Virus record (IMG/VR): IMGVR_UViG_3300025671_000187
Span: 1 to 37,605 of that record
Direction: 5' to 3' (one strand)
Length of the DNA stretch: 37,605 nucleotides
Source: a virus
Lineage: Duplodnaviria > Caudoviricetes
Positions 24,732 to 34,560 of this stretch are shown one piece after another. How positions within the stretch are numbered: position 1 is the stretch's first letter; the number at the start of each line of letters is the position of its first letter. The notes under the pieces are model-generated. The model saw only the letters and a list, made by a program, of their open reading frames with translations. It searched no databases and was not told where the DNA came from. Position numbers and translations under genes: made by a program.

Positions 24732-24760
24732 ACACTACACCCGTTTGGGTGCGATGTCAA
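24732..24760 (-). promoter_or_regulatory. Sigma70 promoter of the middle operon
   Basis: TTGACA (24760-24755), 17 bp, TAGTGT (24737-24732); followed by GCCTC-N6-GAGGC hairpin and GGAG. Confidence 0.7.
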
Positions 24761-25578
24761 GCAAGTTGGTGTGATGCCGAGAGGGCAAGACTGGTTCGTC
24801 GGGCGTCGTCGGCAGACAGCGACTTTGGGATGGCAATAAAGCGGGCGAGGCGACCGTCAAGGCCCTCATTTGGGCCGCCGCGAGCGCCAAGCAGGGCTTG
24901 AAGGTTGGCATACCACGGCGCGCCGCCGCTTGATCCGTTCTGCGTGCCGGTTTCCTCAGCGCCGTTGACCCACACCCGGATTTCATCGCTGGCTGCGGCG
25001 TCCGTGTCGTGCGTCGTTACGATGACCCGCAGTTCCCCGGCGTCGGCGTCGGCGTCGCGCTCATAGACAAAGCCACCCGCACCGTCGGCCTTGTGCAAGC
25101 CGGTGACCTTGTCGTCGAAGTAGTAGTGACACACGCCACCGACCGTCGGCACGGAACCAGACGCTCCGGCGCGCATTGCACCCGGGCCGCGCACGATCGT
25201 ACCCGCGCCCGTCGGGGTGTAGCACACGGAGATTAGGGTTGCGGTGGTGTAGGTCGACCAGTCAATCGTGGCGGTGGTCGCGTGGTAGTCGGAGCCGCCG
25301 AAACCATACGCGACCGCAGGCGTGCCGACTGTCGCGTCGGGTGCCGCGTAGGTCGGTGCTCCTGTCGCGCTGGCGGTCAGCCCGCTGCGCCGTGCGACCC
25401 AACTACCCACCGTGTCGCCATTGGCGTAGCCCTTGAGGTCAGAGGCACAGAGGTCGATGGCGAGGTCATCCGCAGTCAGGCTGCGCAGCACGCTCTCGTT
25501 CGTGGACCACAGCCGCCGCTTCGTGCGCGCAACGCGCTTGAGGTGGCGTGGCTTGCCGAAGTGGCGCTTGATCCTCAT
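24757..25578 (-). CDS. LamG/concanavalin-A-like beta-sandwich protein (putative virion appendage)
   Basis: IDLCASDL...GDTVGSW...PTY...GTPAV, IRVWVNG and LLGARGG...LDGRLARFIAIPKSLS follow the LamG-like pattern; ATG 25578 coupled to the upstream TGA. Confidence 0.6.
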   Translation of the reverse strand: MRIKRHFGKPRHLKRVARTKRRLWSTNESVLRSLTADDLAIDLCASDLKGYANGDTVGSWVARRSGLTASATGAPTYAAPDATVGTPAVAYGFGGSDYHATTATIDWSTYTTATLISVCYTPTGAGTIVRGPGAMRAGASGSVPTVGGVCHYYFDDKVTGLHKADGAGGFVYERDADADAGELRVIVTTHDTDAAASDEIRVWVNGAEETGTQNGSSGGAPWYANLQALLGARGGPNEGLDGRLARFIAIPKSLSADDARRTSLALSASHQLA

Positions 25579-25988
25579 CAGTCGTTCTCGCACACGCCCA
25601 TGAGCCACACGCCGACCGAGCCGCTGCTGTGGGCTGTGCAGCGAACGGCGATGCGCTGGCTGCCACGGACTTCGATGCTGAACTGCACCGCGCTACCGTT
25701 CGGCAAGGTGGCCTCGCCAAACTCAAGGTCTTCGACCCACTCCTCCGAGCAGTAGTCGTACTCATAGACCTTGATCTTCGCGCCGGCCGCGCTCGACTGC
25801 GCAACGAGTCGGACAATGGGCTGCTTTGCGGTCGAGAAGCCGTCCGTGTAGAGCGAAGGGGCCGACGTTGTCCCAGAGAAGTTGTAGGCACGCCGGTCAG
25901 TGACGGACTTGCCGCCGTCGGCAGCCTCCTCCGGTGTGCCGAGCTTGTTCCCGGTCGTCAGGCAGATGGCTTTCGTGTATCCGCGCAT
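25578..25988 (-). CDS. Hypothetical beta-rich protein (possibly structural)
   Basis: ATG 25988 with GGAGG; beta-strand-like pattern. Confidence 0.6.
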   Translation of the reverse strand: MRGYTKAICLTTGNKLGTPEEAADGGKSVTDRRAYNFSGTTSAPSLYTDGFSTAKQPIVRLVAQSSAAGAKIKVYEYDYCSEEWVEDLEFGEATLPNGSAVQFSIEVRGSQRIAVRCTAHSSGSVGVWLMGVCEND

Positions 25989-26014
25989 GGTACACCTCCG
26001 CGAGGAGCCTAGCA

Positions 26015-26269
26015 GTGAGCGCACCACCGAACAACGAGGAAGACGGGTTCATCGACGTTCTCATCGAGAACATCGAGGCTACCGAGTTCTCGCGCCCCAT
26101 CGACCGCACGCTGTGCATCTACGCCTGCGACAGGCTTGCTCGAGCAGAGGTTGAGGACGACCGGAAGCACTGGTTCGACCGCATCCTCAAGATCCTCAAA
26201 ATCGGCGAGCCCACCTCCGTAAGGAAGGGGAACAGGGGGCGCAGGGAGGAGGCGTTCTCTCGTGGATGA
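26015..26269 (+). CDS. Small protein upstream of TerL (possible terminase small subunit)
   Basis: GTG 26015 with GAGGAG SD; overlaps the TerL start. Function from position only. Confidence 0.45.
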   Translation: MSAPPNNEEDGFIDVLIENIEATEFSRPIDRTLCIYACDRLARAEVEDDRKHWFDRILKILKIGEPTSVRKGNRGRREEAFSRG

Positions 26270-28121
26270 CTACCGGGTCAAGAGTCTGCTGTCGCTGGCA
26301 AAGCAGAAGCCTGAGAAGCGCGCTGCATCCCTCTACGACAGGTGCAACGGCAACTTTGAGCTGTTCGGCCGCGAGGGAGTGACCATCCCCGACAAGTATG
26401 GCGCGCCGGTGCCGTTCATCATGCGCGAGGAGCAGCGCGACCTCTGGAACCACATCAAGTCCTGCGCCGACCAAGGCGTCGAGTTCAGGATCATCATCCT
26501 CAAGCCTCGCCAGATCGGCTTCTCGACGTTCATCGCGGTGCTCTACGTCTACCTGATGATCTACCAGAAGCTGAACGTGATCCTCATCACGCAGGACAGC
26601 GACTCGCTGTCGCGGCTGTGGGAGATCTACGAGTTCATCGTCGACAACATGAACCCGGAGCTGACGCAGCGCATCACGTTCTCCAAGCGAAGCCGGCAGG
26701 ACGGCTGGGCGCTTCGCGGCGGCGGCTCCCTCCGTATCAACATCGCTGGCCAGACCGAGGCTTCCGCGACAAAGAAGGGCCGCTCGCAGTCAAACCAGCT
26801 CGCGCACTTCTCAGAGGTCGCCTTCTGGAGCCACCCGCGCATCACCTTGCGTGGCGCGCGTCAGTCCATCCACCTCAAGCGTGAGCCCGGCGTGTTCTCC
26901 GGCATCATCTGGGAGAGCACCCCGAACGGTCGGCAGGGCGCGTTCTACGACGCCTACATGAAGGCGAAGAACCGTACTCCGAAAGAGATCGAGATGGGTC
27001 GCGGCTACACGCCTTGGTTCGTCCCGTGGCACGAGCACAAGCCGTATTGGGTCAAGCCCACCGCCGAGCAGCGGCGGCTGTGGCGGCTGTGGCGCGAGAC
27101 GCGGCGCACCGAGTTCCGGGTCGAGGGTGGCTTCGAGGAAGACGACGACGACCAGATCGACCGCTACGGCCTGACGTGCGAGCAGTGGCTTGGCTGGGGT
27201 AAGCTGCTCGACAACAACGACGGCGACATCGAGACGACGAGGCAGGAGTACCCGCCCGACGACGTGACGTGCTTCCTGATGTCGGGCACGCAGGTCTTCA
27301 CGTCTCCGTATCTCCAACACATCAGAGAGGCCATCTGCGACCCGCACCGCATGCAGCTTCGCCGTGTGCGCGGCAAAGTGCAGCTCGTGCCTGACAGCCA
27401 AGGCGACTGGCGGCTCTACGAGTCGTTCGACCCGGCCGAGCGGTACTGCATGACCGCAGACATCGCGTCAGGCCAAAAGAGCAAGGACCATGACAGGGCG
27501 TGGATCGGCATCTGGCGGATGCGCGGCTCCAAGCTGTACCTGTCGGCGGTGTGGAGCGGCCAAGAAGACCCTGACGTCATCGCCGACTTCATGTACGAGA
27601 TCGGCCAGCTCTACGGATGGCCCATCGCAGCACCAGAGCTGAACCGAGCCTACGGCCAGCTTACGGTCAAGCGCCTGCTCCAGCGCGGATACCCAAAAAT
27701 CTACTTCCAGCCGGTGGTCAACAGCGCCACGGGGCGCATCGCGCGCGACCGGCCGGGATGGCTCACGGACGAGCTGACGCGCCGGGACATGTTTTCCACG
27801 CTGAAAGCCAAGCTGCGGCGCAGGATGCTCGTCTTCCGCGACCACGACCTCCTGCTGGAGTTCGAGGGCATCATCCGCAACACAACCAACGGCAAGGAGG
27901 AGGCTGGACCGGGCGGCTTCGACGATGGCGTCATGATGGCCGGCATCGCTGCGTGCGTCGTCGACGACGGAGACATCGACAGCGGCCTGAACGACATGGA
28001 CGGCACGTTGCAGGCCAAGTACCGTTCGCCGTGGGACTTTGCTTCGTCCTACGACGACGACGCCAGTGAAGCCGAGAGCAAGTCGCTGAGCGAGAGCTGG
28101 GAGAACATGGGCCTATGGTAG
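26262..28121 (+). CDS. terL: Terminase large subunit
   Basis: IIILKPRQIGFST (Walker A), LAHFSEVAFW (Walker B variant), WESTPNG (coupling motif), TADIASG..D and FDDGVM (RNase H-like nuclease). Confidence 0.92.
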   Translation: MDDYRVKSLLSLAKQKPEKRAASLYDRCNGNFELFGREGVTIPDKYGAPVPFIMREEQRDLWNHIKSCADQGVEFRIIILKPRQIGFSTFIAVLYVYLMIYQKLNVILITQDSDSLSRLWEIYEFIVDNMNPELTQRITFSKRSRQDGWALRGGGSLRINIAGQTEASATKKGRSQSNQLAHFSEVAFWSHPRITLRGARQSIHLKREPGVFSGIIWESTPNGRQGAFYDAYMKAKNRTPKEIEMGRGYTPWFVPWHEHKPYWVKPTAEQRRLWRLWRETRRTEFRVEGGFEEDDDDQIDRYGLTCEQWLGWGKLLDNNDGDIETTRQEYPPDDVTCFLMSGTQVFTSPYLQHIREAICDPHRMQLRRVRGKVQLVPDSQGDWRLYESFDPAERYCMTADIASGQKSKDHDRAWIGIWRMRGSKLYLSAVWSGQEDPDVIADFMYEIGQLYGWPIAAPELNRAYGQLTVKRLLQRGYPKIYFQPVVNSATGRIARDRPGWLTDELTRRDMFSTLKAKLRRRMLVFRDHDLLLEFEGIIRNTTNGKEEAGPGGFDDGVMMAGIAACVVDDGDIDSGLNDMDGTLQAKYRSPWDFASSYDDDASEAESKSLSESWENMGLW

Positions 28122-28441
28122 TCACAGCCACCGCTTTCGTTGCCGGCCTCTCCATCGGGGCTCTCCTCACGCACCTCTTGCTGCGCAAGGAGCTGTCGTC
28201 GAGGGCAAGCGAGGCTCAGGCCATCATGGACGGCGCGCGGGAGCTTGCAGAGGCGAACCTGCGTGTCGCGCAGGTCAACCAGAACGCAGTTGACCGGCTC
28301 GTCGTCGCGTTTGGCTCCGACACAGCACTTGAGGTCGTCAACGGTCTGCGCAGCCTCGAGGAAGCCCGAACCATCCGAGCAACCCCCGTTGAGGTCGGCA
28401 AGCCCATGTCGAACTACAACTCGCCCTCCTTTCAGGTGTAG
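28115..28441 (+). CDS. Small protein with N-terminal TM helix and coiled coil
   Basis: VVTATAFVAGLSIGALLTHLLL hydrophobic segment; overlaps the TerL stop. Confidence 0.6.
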   Translation: MVVTATAFVAGLSIGALLTHLLLRKELSSRASEAQAIMDGARELAEANLRVAQVNQNAVDRLVVAFGSDTALEVVNGLRSLEEARTIRATPVEVGKPMSNYNSPSFQV

Positions 28442-28443
28442 AC

Positions 28444-30633
28444 ATGGCGAACCCACGCACAGCAGCGGCACGCAAGAAGTTCCGAGGGCTGAACAGGCGC
28501 AGCAGCGACATCATCTACTCGCGCCCGCCGAAGGCGACCCCACCGCCCGGTGAGACGATGGAGCCTGTCGGGTTGCCCAGCGATGGGCAGCCGGAGGGTG
28601 GTCCCGACATAGACCTGTCGTTCTACCCGGAGTACGCGCGCCCCTCCGGGTCGGGTGGCCGCATGTTCATCGACCCGACGGCGGATGCTGCGCTCATGGG
28701 TGTTGGTCGGAGCATGGAGGAATACCCCGCAACGTGGGTTGCTGGGGCGACCGCTCTGCCGGTGGGTTTCGCGCTTGGCGGGCTTGCTCCGCCCGTAGCC
28801 GCTGCTGGCGAGGTGGCTCTCGGCGGTGCAACGGCGACAGCCGGGGCTATTGGCGACCAGCTCGTCACCGGCAAGAAGCAGGATGTGATGCTTGCTGGTG
28901 CGGAAGGGTCGGCCTTTGGCGCTCTCAGCGCTGGCTTCGTGGCCACCCCCTTGATGATCAAGCAGGCCACGCGCGTGCTCGAGCGAAGCCCTGCACTCAA
29001 AAAGTTCATCCAAAGTTTGCGTGCGATGGGTGACTACGACCCGGACGTCATCAAGGCTTACTCCAAGCAGACAGGTGTAGACCCCGCCGACGTCGAGGAC
29101 ATGATCACGTCGGCAGAGGAGGTGAGCGGTGACGCCGAGCTGCTTGCCGAGCTTGTGGATGTTTGGGATCTGGAGGAGATGCGGTCTGCCGGCGCGAAGG
29201 TTGCCCGATCTCAAAAACTGACCGACGCACTCGGTATCAAGCCGGAAAAGGGCATCCAGCTCAAAGCGACGTCAGACGAGACTTCGGTGTTTGCCGCGCT
29301 GGATTTGGAGGCCGAGCAGGCACGCAAGGCATACAACGCGAAGGCCAAGGCGAGGGCGAAGGCTCAAACGGCAAGAACGAGTCCCAGCGCCGACAGCATC
29401 AAAACGACACCCTCATCTATACCGGAGCCTGTTGCACCTCCGCCTGCGCCCGCGCCTGCATCATCTGATGGGCTGACCGAGTCGCAACTCGCCATCTTGG
29501 ATCTGCCAGACGACGAGTTCGCTGCCGCAGCCCGTGCCGAAGGGATTGACGAGGCGACGATCGAGCAGGCGCTGGAGGCCAGAGCTTCCATGGCCGATCG
29601 ACAGTCCGGCCTGATGACTCAGGTCGCCGACGTGGCAGAGAAAGCCTCCGCGCCCGCCCCTGCTCCGCAGATGTCGCAGATGCCGCCTCAGCAGAGCCTG
29701 ATGCAGGAGCCGCCGGCCCCGGCCCCCGCACCAGCTCCGGCCCCCGCACCAGCTCCGGCCCCCGCACCAGCTCCGGTTCCGGCCCGCCCGGCCCCCGCTC
29801 CTGCGCCCGCTCCTCCGCCCGCCCCTGCTCCGCAGATGTCGCAGATGCCGCCTCAGCGGAGCTTGATGCAAGAGCCGCCGGCTCTCGCACCAGCGCCGGC
29901 TCCGGCTCCGGCCGGGGCACTGCCGGCCCTACCAGCTCCGACACTGGCCGACTACTCGGCTGAGGTTGCCTTCCGTCGCGCTCAGGAGCAGATGCGCCAG
30001 CAGCACATGGCGCGCCTTGGAATCGACCCCAATATGCGAGCCCTGCCAGCCCCCACGCACGAAGACCGTGTGGCCGCAGAGGCGTTCCGGCGCGGGCAGG
30101 AGCGGCTAAACGCCCCTCCGGCTCCCCCTCCGTACCAGCACCCGCCTATGAGCGGTGCTCCGCCGCCGCAGGCGCATCCGTCCATGATCTGGAGAAGCGG
30201 TGTAGGGCCAAATCCACTCATCTTTGATGCGCAGGACGATGTCCTGATGCCCGTCGCGTCGATGCGCGAGACGGCAACACCCCTCAACATGCCGCCACAG
30301 AGGTATGACGGCAGGCGATATATCCACACCGAGGGTCCGCCAGACCTCGCGCGTGGGTTTGAGGCACCGGACATCGCCCCGATGGCCCCGGGGCCGTCGC
30401 AAAGGGCGATTGGGCTTGCCTCTGGTCTGGCTGGTGCCGGAGGCATGATGAGCTTGGCTGGCGGATCGCAGCCCGTGCCGCAGATGACTCCTGCGTACCC
30501 GCCGATGATGACCCCGATGCAGCAGCCTTCCGCGCCTGCGCCAGCACCTGCACCCGCACCACCCTTGCCGTCGCGCCCGCCTGTCGACGAGAAAAAGCTT
30601 GAGGAAGAAATGCTTCGGGCTTTGGAGGACTAG
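28444..30633 (+). CDS. Pro/Ala-rich low-complexity protein (729 aa)
   Basis: Gly/Ala hydrophobic region near the N-terminus, (PA)n tracts and duplicated PQMSQMPPQ.SLMQEPPA. Confidence 0.7.
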   Translation: MANPRTAAARKKFRGLNRRSSDIIYSRPPKATPPPGETMEPVGLPSDGQPEGGPDIDLSFYPEYARPSGSGGRMFIDPTADAALMGVGRSMEEYPATWVAGATALPVGFALGGLAPPVAAAGEVALGGATATAGAIGDQLVTGKKQDVMLAGAEGSAFGALSAGFVATPLMIKQATRVLERSPALKKFIQSLRAMGDYDPDVIKAYSKQTGVDPADVEDMITSAEEVSGDAELLAELVDVWDLEEMRSAGAKVARSQKLTDALGIKPEKGIQLKATSDETSVFAALDLEAEQARKAYNAKAKARAKAQTARTSPSADSIKTTPSSIPEPVAPPPAPAPASSDGLTESQLAILDLPDDEFAAAARAEGIDEATIEQALEARASMADRQSGLMTQVADVAEKASAPAPAPQMSQMPPQQSLMQEPPAPAPAPAPAPAPAPAPAPAPVPARPAPAPAPAPPPAPAPQMSQMPPQRSLMQEPPALAPAPAPAPAGALPALPAPTLADYSAEVAFRRAQEQMRQQHMARLGIDPNMRALPAPTHEDRVAAEAFRRGQERLNAPPAPPPYQHPPMSGAPPPQAHPSMIWRSGVGPNPLIFDAQDDVLMPVASMRETATPLNMPPQRYDGRRYIHTEGPPDLARGFEAPDIAPMAPGPSQRAIGLASGLAGAGGMMSLAGGSQPVPQMTPAYPPMMTPMQQPSAPAPAPAPAPPLPSRPPVDEKKLEEEMLRALED
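29651..29882 (+). repeat. Intragenic duplication and 18-bp tandem repeat
   Basis: About 67-bp near-identical copies at 29651-29717 and 29816-29882 flanking CCGGCCCCCGCACCAGCT x3. Confidence 0.85.
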
Positions 30634-30635
30634 TG

Positions 30636-32096
30636 ATGTCGGATGACAAGTACGAAGACTGGGCATTCGCCCTAAGATTCAACCTTCGCGAAGCTGATGG
30701 TCCTGATGAGAAGCGACGACTGGCGCTAAGGTTTTATAAAAAGGGATGGTTACCGTGGCACCTCATTGAACAAGCCATGATCGACACAAGGAACGACCCG
30801 TCCTTGGTCCAGAACCCCGATGAGCGCAAAGTCTCTGCACTAACGCGGGTTTTCTCGAAAACCGATGATCCTGATGTGTTGCGCCGGCTCGCGAGCAAAG
30901 CCCGACGCAAGGTGCCGTACACTGTCATTGAGGAAGGCATGGTCCGTGCCGGGCACGACCCGTCTTTGATCTACAGTGGTGGGATGACTAGCGCTCCTAG
31001 CCGCCCCAACCTGCGGCCTGCTGCCCGCGAAGCTGCCGCCCGCCGCGCCCATCGGCATCAGTCGCCAGACCCAACGTTCGGCCTAGTCTTGCCCGCCATG
31101 ACTATGGCTGATGGCCGTGCGGCCCAGCGCAACCCAGCGGAGCAGGTTGATTTTGACGTGAGAGGCGATGCCTTCGCGGCAGTCAAGAGCCTGCTGTCTG
31201 ATGCGGCTGCCGGCGCATCGGGCCAAGTCAAGAAAGCGGTGTCCCCGTTGGCCGGGGCGGCGAGCATGGTTAGCAACGCGCTATCCGGCACGGCTGCACC
31301 AAGCGGCCCTGCACCGGCACCTGTCGTCGCCTCTCGATCCCGCAGAGTTCGCAGGAAGGCGTCGCGGACGCGACCGAGGCACGACATCCCAGAGAGCCCT
31401 GCGAGCAGCGTGTCGCCGCCCGGATACCTGACGGCGCTTGGTGTAGCAGAGGCAAGCGGCGATGCCTATGCAGCGAAGATGACCTCGTTGATCGCGCAAG
31501 CACGCCGCGACGCAGGACAGTCGGCGATGCGTGGCGGACCTCGCTTCGCCCCGCTGATGGACTGGCAGAACAACCAGATGCTCATCGTCACGGCTGGCGG
31601 GCCGATGTTCCAGTTCGACTTCAACTCGGCTTCCGGCTACGACGCATACGACCGCTTCGCAACGCAGCTCGAGCAGAACTTCGGGATGAGCCGCACTGAG
31701 CTGGCTGATGCAGCGCAGCGCCGAGCACAGCCACTTGAGGAGTGGTATCAGCGCAAAGGCTTCACGGCTGAGCAGCGCACTCAGTTCGGCATGCTGGTCA
31801 ACCACGAGGAGACGGAGGCTGAGGCGTTGTCTCAGTACGAGCGGCTTGCCAACAGCGTGTTGATAGCTCGCTCAGCACGCACGGGCAGGGCCGCTCGCAA
31901 GTTCAGCCTCAGCTTCGACGACGAGAGCGGCAGCCCTTACGGGCTGAGCCTCGACGGCTCGAGGTCAGGGGAGCTTCTTGCTACAGCGCCCCCCACAGAG
32001 GCAGGCTTGTCTGAGGAGGTAGGCCCGCGTGCGACTCCGGACATTCGCGTGACAGGGAACTACAACCAGCGCCAGCCTGAGCCCATCTTGAAGTAG
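30636..32096 (+). CDS. Hypothetical protein (486 aa)
   Basis: GGAGG SD; long ORF between TerL and portal; central low-complexity linker. Confidence 0.7.
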   Translation: MSDDKYEDWAFALRFNLREADGPDEKRRLALRFYKKGWLPWHLIEQAMIDTRNDPSLVQNPDERKVSALTRVFSKTDDPDVLRRLASKARRKVPYTVIEEGMVRAGHDPSLIYSGGMTSAPSRPNLRPAAREAAARRAHRHQSPDPTFGLVLPAMTMADGRAAQRNPAEQVDFDVRGDAFAAVKSLLSDAAAGASGQVKKAVSPLAGAASMVSNALSGTAAPSGPAPAPVVASRSRRVRRKASRTRPRHDIPESPASSVSPPGYLTALGVAEASGDAYAAKMTSLIAQARRDAGQSAMRGGPRFAPLMDWQNNQMLIVTAGGPMFQFDFNSASGYDAYDRFATQLEQNFGMSRTELADAAQRRAQPLEEWYQRKGFTAEQRTQFGMLVNHEETEAEALSQYERLANSVLIARSARTGRAARKFSLSFDDESGSPYGLSLDGSRSGELLATAPPTEAGLSEEVGPRATPDIRVTGNYNQRQPEPILK

Positions 32097-32105
32097 GAGT
32101 CCCCC

Positions 32106-32603
32106 ATGCCGTTCCGACCAGAGCCACCACCTGTACCGCAGGGCAGTGGACGCGACTGGAAATACTATCTTGGTCACGGCCTTGCGGCTGTTGGCCCCAT
32201 CGCGGGTGCCGCCATCGGGTCCTACGCGAGCAACCCGCAGCTTGGGGCTGCTATCGGTGGGTCCGTTGGAAATGCGGCGAACGCCATGCTCAACCCGGAG
32301 ACGGCCGGCCAGTCCTCTGCCATCGCGCAGAGCTACGGGCTGGCGGCTGTCCAACCGCTGGCAGACATCGCAGAGCGCAGAAAGCAGGCTGCCAGAGAAA
32401 ACCGTCGCTTTGGTCAGGCCATCGGCCAGCCGAGCGCCACGCCGCCACCGACTTATCAGGGTCTAACCTATGGCGTCGGCCAGCAGCCGCCGATCGCTCA
32501 GGAACTAACCTATGGCGTCGGCCAGCAGCTACCGAACATGCAGTTGAGCCAGCAGGCCAGTGTGTTAGCGAACCCGTACATGAACCCGTACATGCCGAGG
32601 TAG
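32106..32603 (+). CDS. Glycine-zipper-like protein, possible pilot/ejection protein
   Basis: GLAAVGPIAGAAIG...GAAIGGSVG (GxxxG) and a Gln-rich tail; 25-bp direct repeat at 32463 and 32505. Confidence 0.6.
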   Translation: MPFRPEPPPVPQGSGRDWKYYLGHGLAAVGPIAGAAIGSYASNPQLGAAIGGSVGNAANAMLNPETAGQSSAIAQSYGLAAVQPLADIAERRKQAARENRRFGQAIGQPSATPPPTYQGLTYGVGQQPPIAQELTYGVGQQLPNMQLSQQASVLANPYMNPYMPR

Positions 32604-32604
32604 C

Positions 32605-34560
32605 GTGGACCGAAAGTCTGCCAAAGCGGTGACGCAGCGGAAGCTGCGCACGAACACCGACCGTGTGATGTTCGTTCAAGAGCTGTGGGACCGCTCGAAT
32701 GAGTGGCGGCAGCCGTGGACGTCCGCGTGGGCGATGCGCTTCCAGTTCATCTTCGGCCAGCAGTGGTGGCGTCGGGACAGCGACGGCTTCTACGAGGCTG
32801 TGGTGAAGAAGCAGTCGCATGACCGACGCGAGACGCGCAACCTGCTGTTCAACCCGCTCATCGTGATGGTTGCTCGTGAGACGGCCAACGACCCCCGGCC
32901 TCGAGCCACACCCGCCTCATCCAGCGAGGAAGACCGCAACCGTGCTCGAGCGGCAGAGCTAATCTTGAAGTCGGTGTGGTCGGCGTCGAAGATGTCGTCG
33001 CAGAACATCAACTACACGCTTCACCGGAAGGTCTGCGGCATCGGCTACATGCGCGTGTCTGTCGACTTCGCGAACGAGTCGGACGCCTTCCCTGCGGACG
33101 CAAGCGGTGAGGCTGGCTTGCGTCCGTACATCGACGTCATCCCGCCTTGGGAAGTGTTCCCGCAGCCGGGATGCTCCGACGTGAACAAGGCCCGGTGGAT
33201 CATTCACAGCCGCATCATGCACGTTGACGACGTGTACGAGGACTTCGGCAAGGCCGTCAGCCCGGAGCCGCCCCGGTACGAAGCCCACTACGGCTCGTTC
33301 AACAACGTGCGCAACGTCCTCCATCAGGACATGGTCCACGTTCATGAGCTGTGGATGCGGCCCAACGCTGCTCACCCGGACGGGCTCTACATCGCGGTCG
33401 CCGGCAACGAGCTGCTTGAGCACGGGCCTCTGCCGGCCATCGGCGTGCCGATCGTCGGCGTTGTGAACTTCGAGCGCGTCGGCGATCCCTTCGGCTACAC
33501 GACCACCGAAGACGCCATCGAGGTGCAGCGCAGCATCAACATCAATGAGTCCATCCTTGCGGAGCAACGGGACACTGCCGCTCACGGCAAGTGGTTGGCT
33601 GCGAAGGATAGCGGGTTCACGCCGCCGACAAACGCGCCGGCTGAGGTGCTGACCTACCTGCAAGGCCGCGTCCCACCGCAGTTTGTCCAGATGCCCGGAC
33701 CAAGCGAGTCGGTGGTCGCACTCGGCAACCGGGCTCGAGAAGACTTGCAGGCCGTCCTTGGCGTTAGCGACCCGGCGATGGGCGTCGCTCCAGCTAGTCA
33801 GTCGGGACGAGCGTTCGCTTTCCAAGCTGAGGAGGACGCTCAGAAGCAGGCACCGTCGGCAAAGATCCAGAACGAGGCGTTGAAGCTCGTCGCACGCAAG
33901 GTGCTTATCGCAGCGCGGACGATGTCGAGTGATGACTACCTCCGTGAGGCTGTTGGTCCAAACAACGAGCACGAGATCAAGGCCATCAAGGTCAGCGACA
34001 TTCACATCCGTGACATCGACTTCGAGATCACGCAGCGACTGCCGCTGAACCGGGACGCGCGCCGCGAGGTCGTGGTCAGCATGTACCAGACGGGCCTGAT
34101 CAGCGATCCGAACGAGGCTCGCAGCCTACTCGAGTTTGGCGATCTGGCCGAAGCATACGGCACAGACGATCTGGACCGAGACAGGGCGCGGCACGAGAAC
34201 GACGCGCTGATGAACGGCGAGGCAGTCGTTGCCCGCCCCCACGAGGACCACATCTGCCACATCGACGCGCACGTTCGCTTTATGAAGCAGAAGGAGTGGT
34301 ACGATGCGCCAGAGCAGATCAAGCAGGCGTTCCATGCGCACGTTCAGCAGCACGTCGCTGCCTTGAGCGGCCCATCAACCCAACCACCCGGAGCAGGCGG
34401 GCCGATGGAGCCCCCGTCTGGACCAGAAGTGGACACACCGGAGCTGGACATTGTGGAGGCTGGGCAGGGGTTGCCCGGCAACGACGCTTTGTCGCAAGTT
34501 CCGCCCACAGCCGCACCAACCCTTGAGGCGGCCGGCATGAGCAACGGAGCAGTATCATGA
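32605..34560 (+). CDS. Portal protein (P22-like podovirus type)
   Basis: 651 aa directly upstream of scaffold and capsid; F.FGQQW, VIPPWEVFPQP, EVQRSIN, LGVSDPAMG and EDHICHIDAH motifs; Pro-rich C-tail. Confidence 0.8.
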   Translation: MDRKSAKAVTQRKLRTNTDRVMFVQELWDRSNEWRQPWTSAWAMRFQFIFGQQWWRRDSDGFYEAVVKKQSHDRRETRNLLFNPLIVMVARETANDPRPRATPASSSEEDRNRARAAELILKSVWSASKMSSQNINYTLHRKVCGIGYMRVSVDFANESDAFPADASGEAGLRPYIDVIPPWEVFPQPGCSDVNKARWIIHSRIMHVDDVYEDFGKAVSPEPPRYEAHYGSFNNVRNVLHQDMVHVHELWMRPNAAHPDGLYIAVAGNELLEHGPLPAIGVPIVGVVNFERVGDPFGYTTTEDAIEVQRSININESILAEQRDTAAHGKWLAAKDSGFTPPTNAPAEVLTYLQGRVPPQFVQMPGPSESVVALGNRAREDLQAVLGVSDPAMGVAPASQSGRAFAFQAEEDAQKQAPSAKIQNEALKLVARKVLIAARTMSSDDYLREAVGPNNEHEIKAIKVSDIHIRDIDFEITQRLPLNRDARREVVVSMYQTGLISDPNEARSLLEFGDLAEAYGTDDLDRDRARHENDALMNGEAVVARPHEDHICHIDAHVRFMKQKEWYDAPEQIKQAFHAHVQQHVAALSGPSTQPPGAGGPMEPPSGPEVDTPELDIVEAGQGLPGNDALSQVPPTAAPTLEAAGMSNGAVS

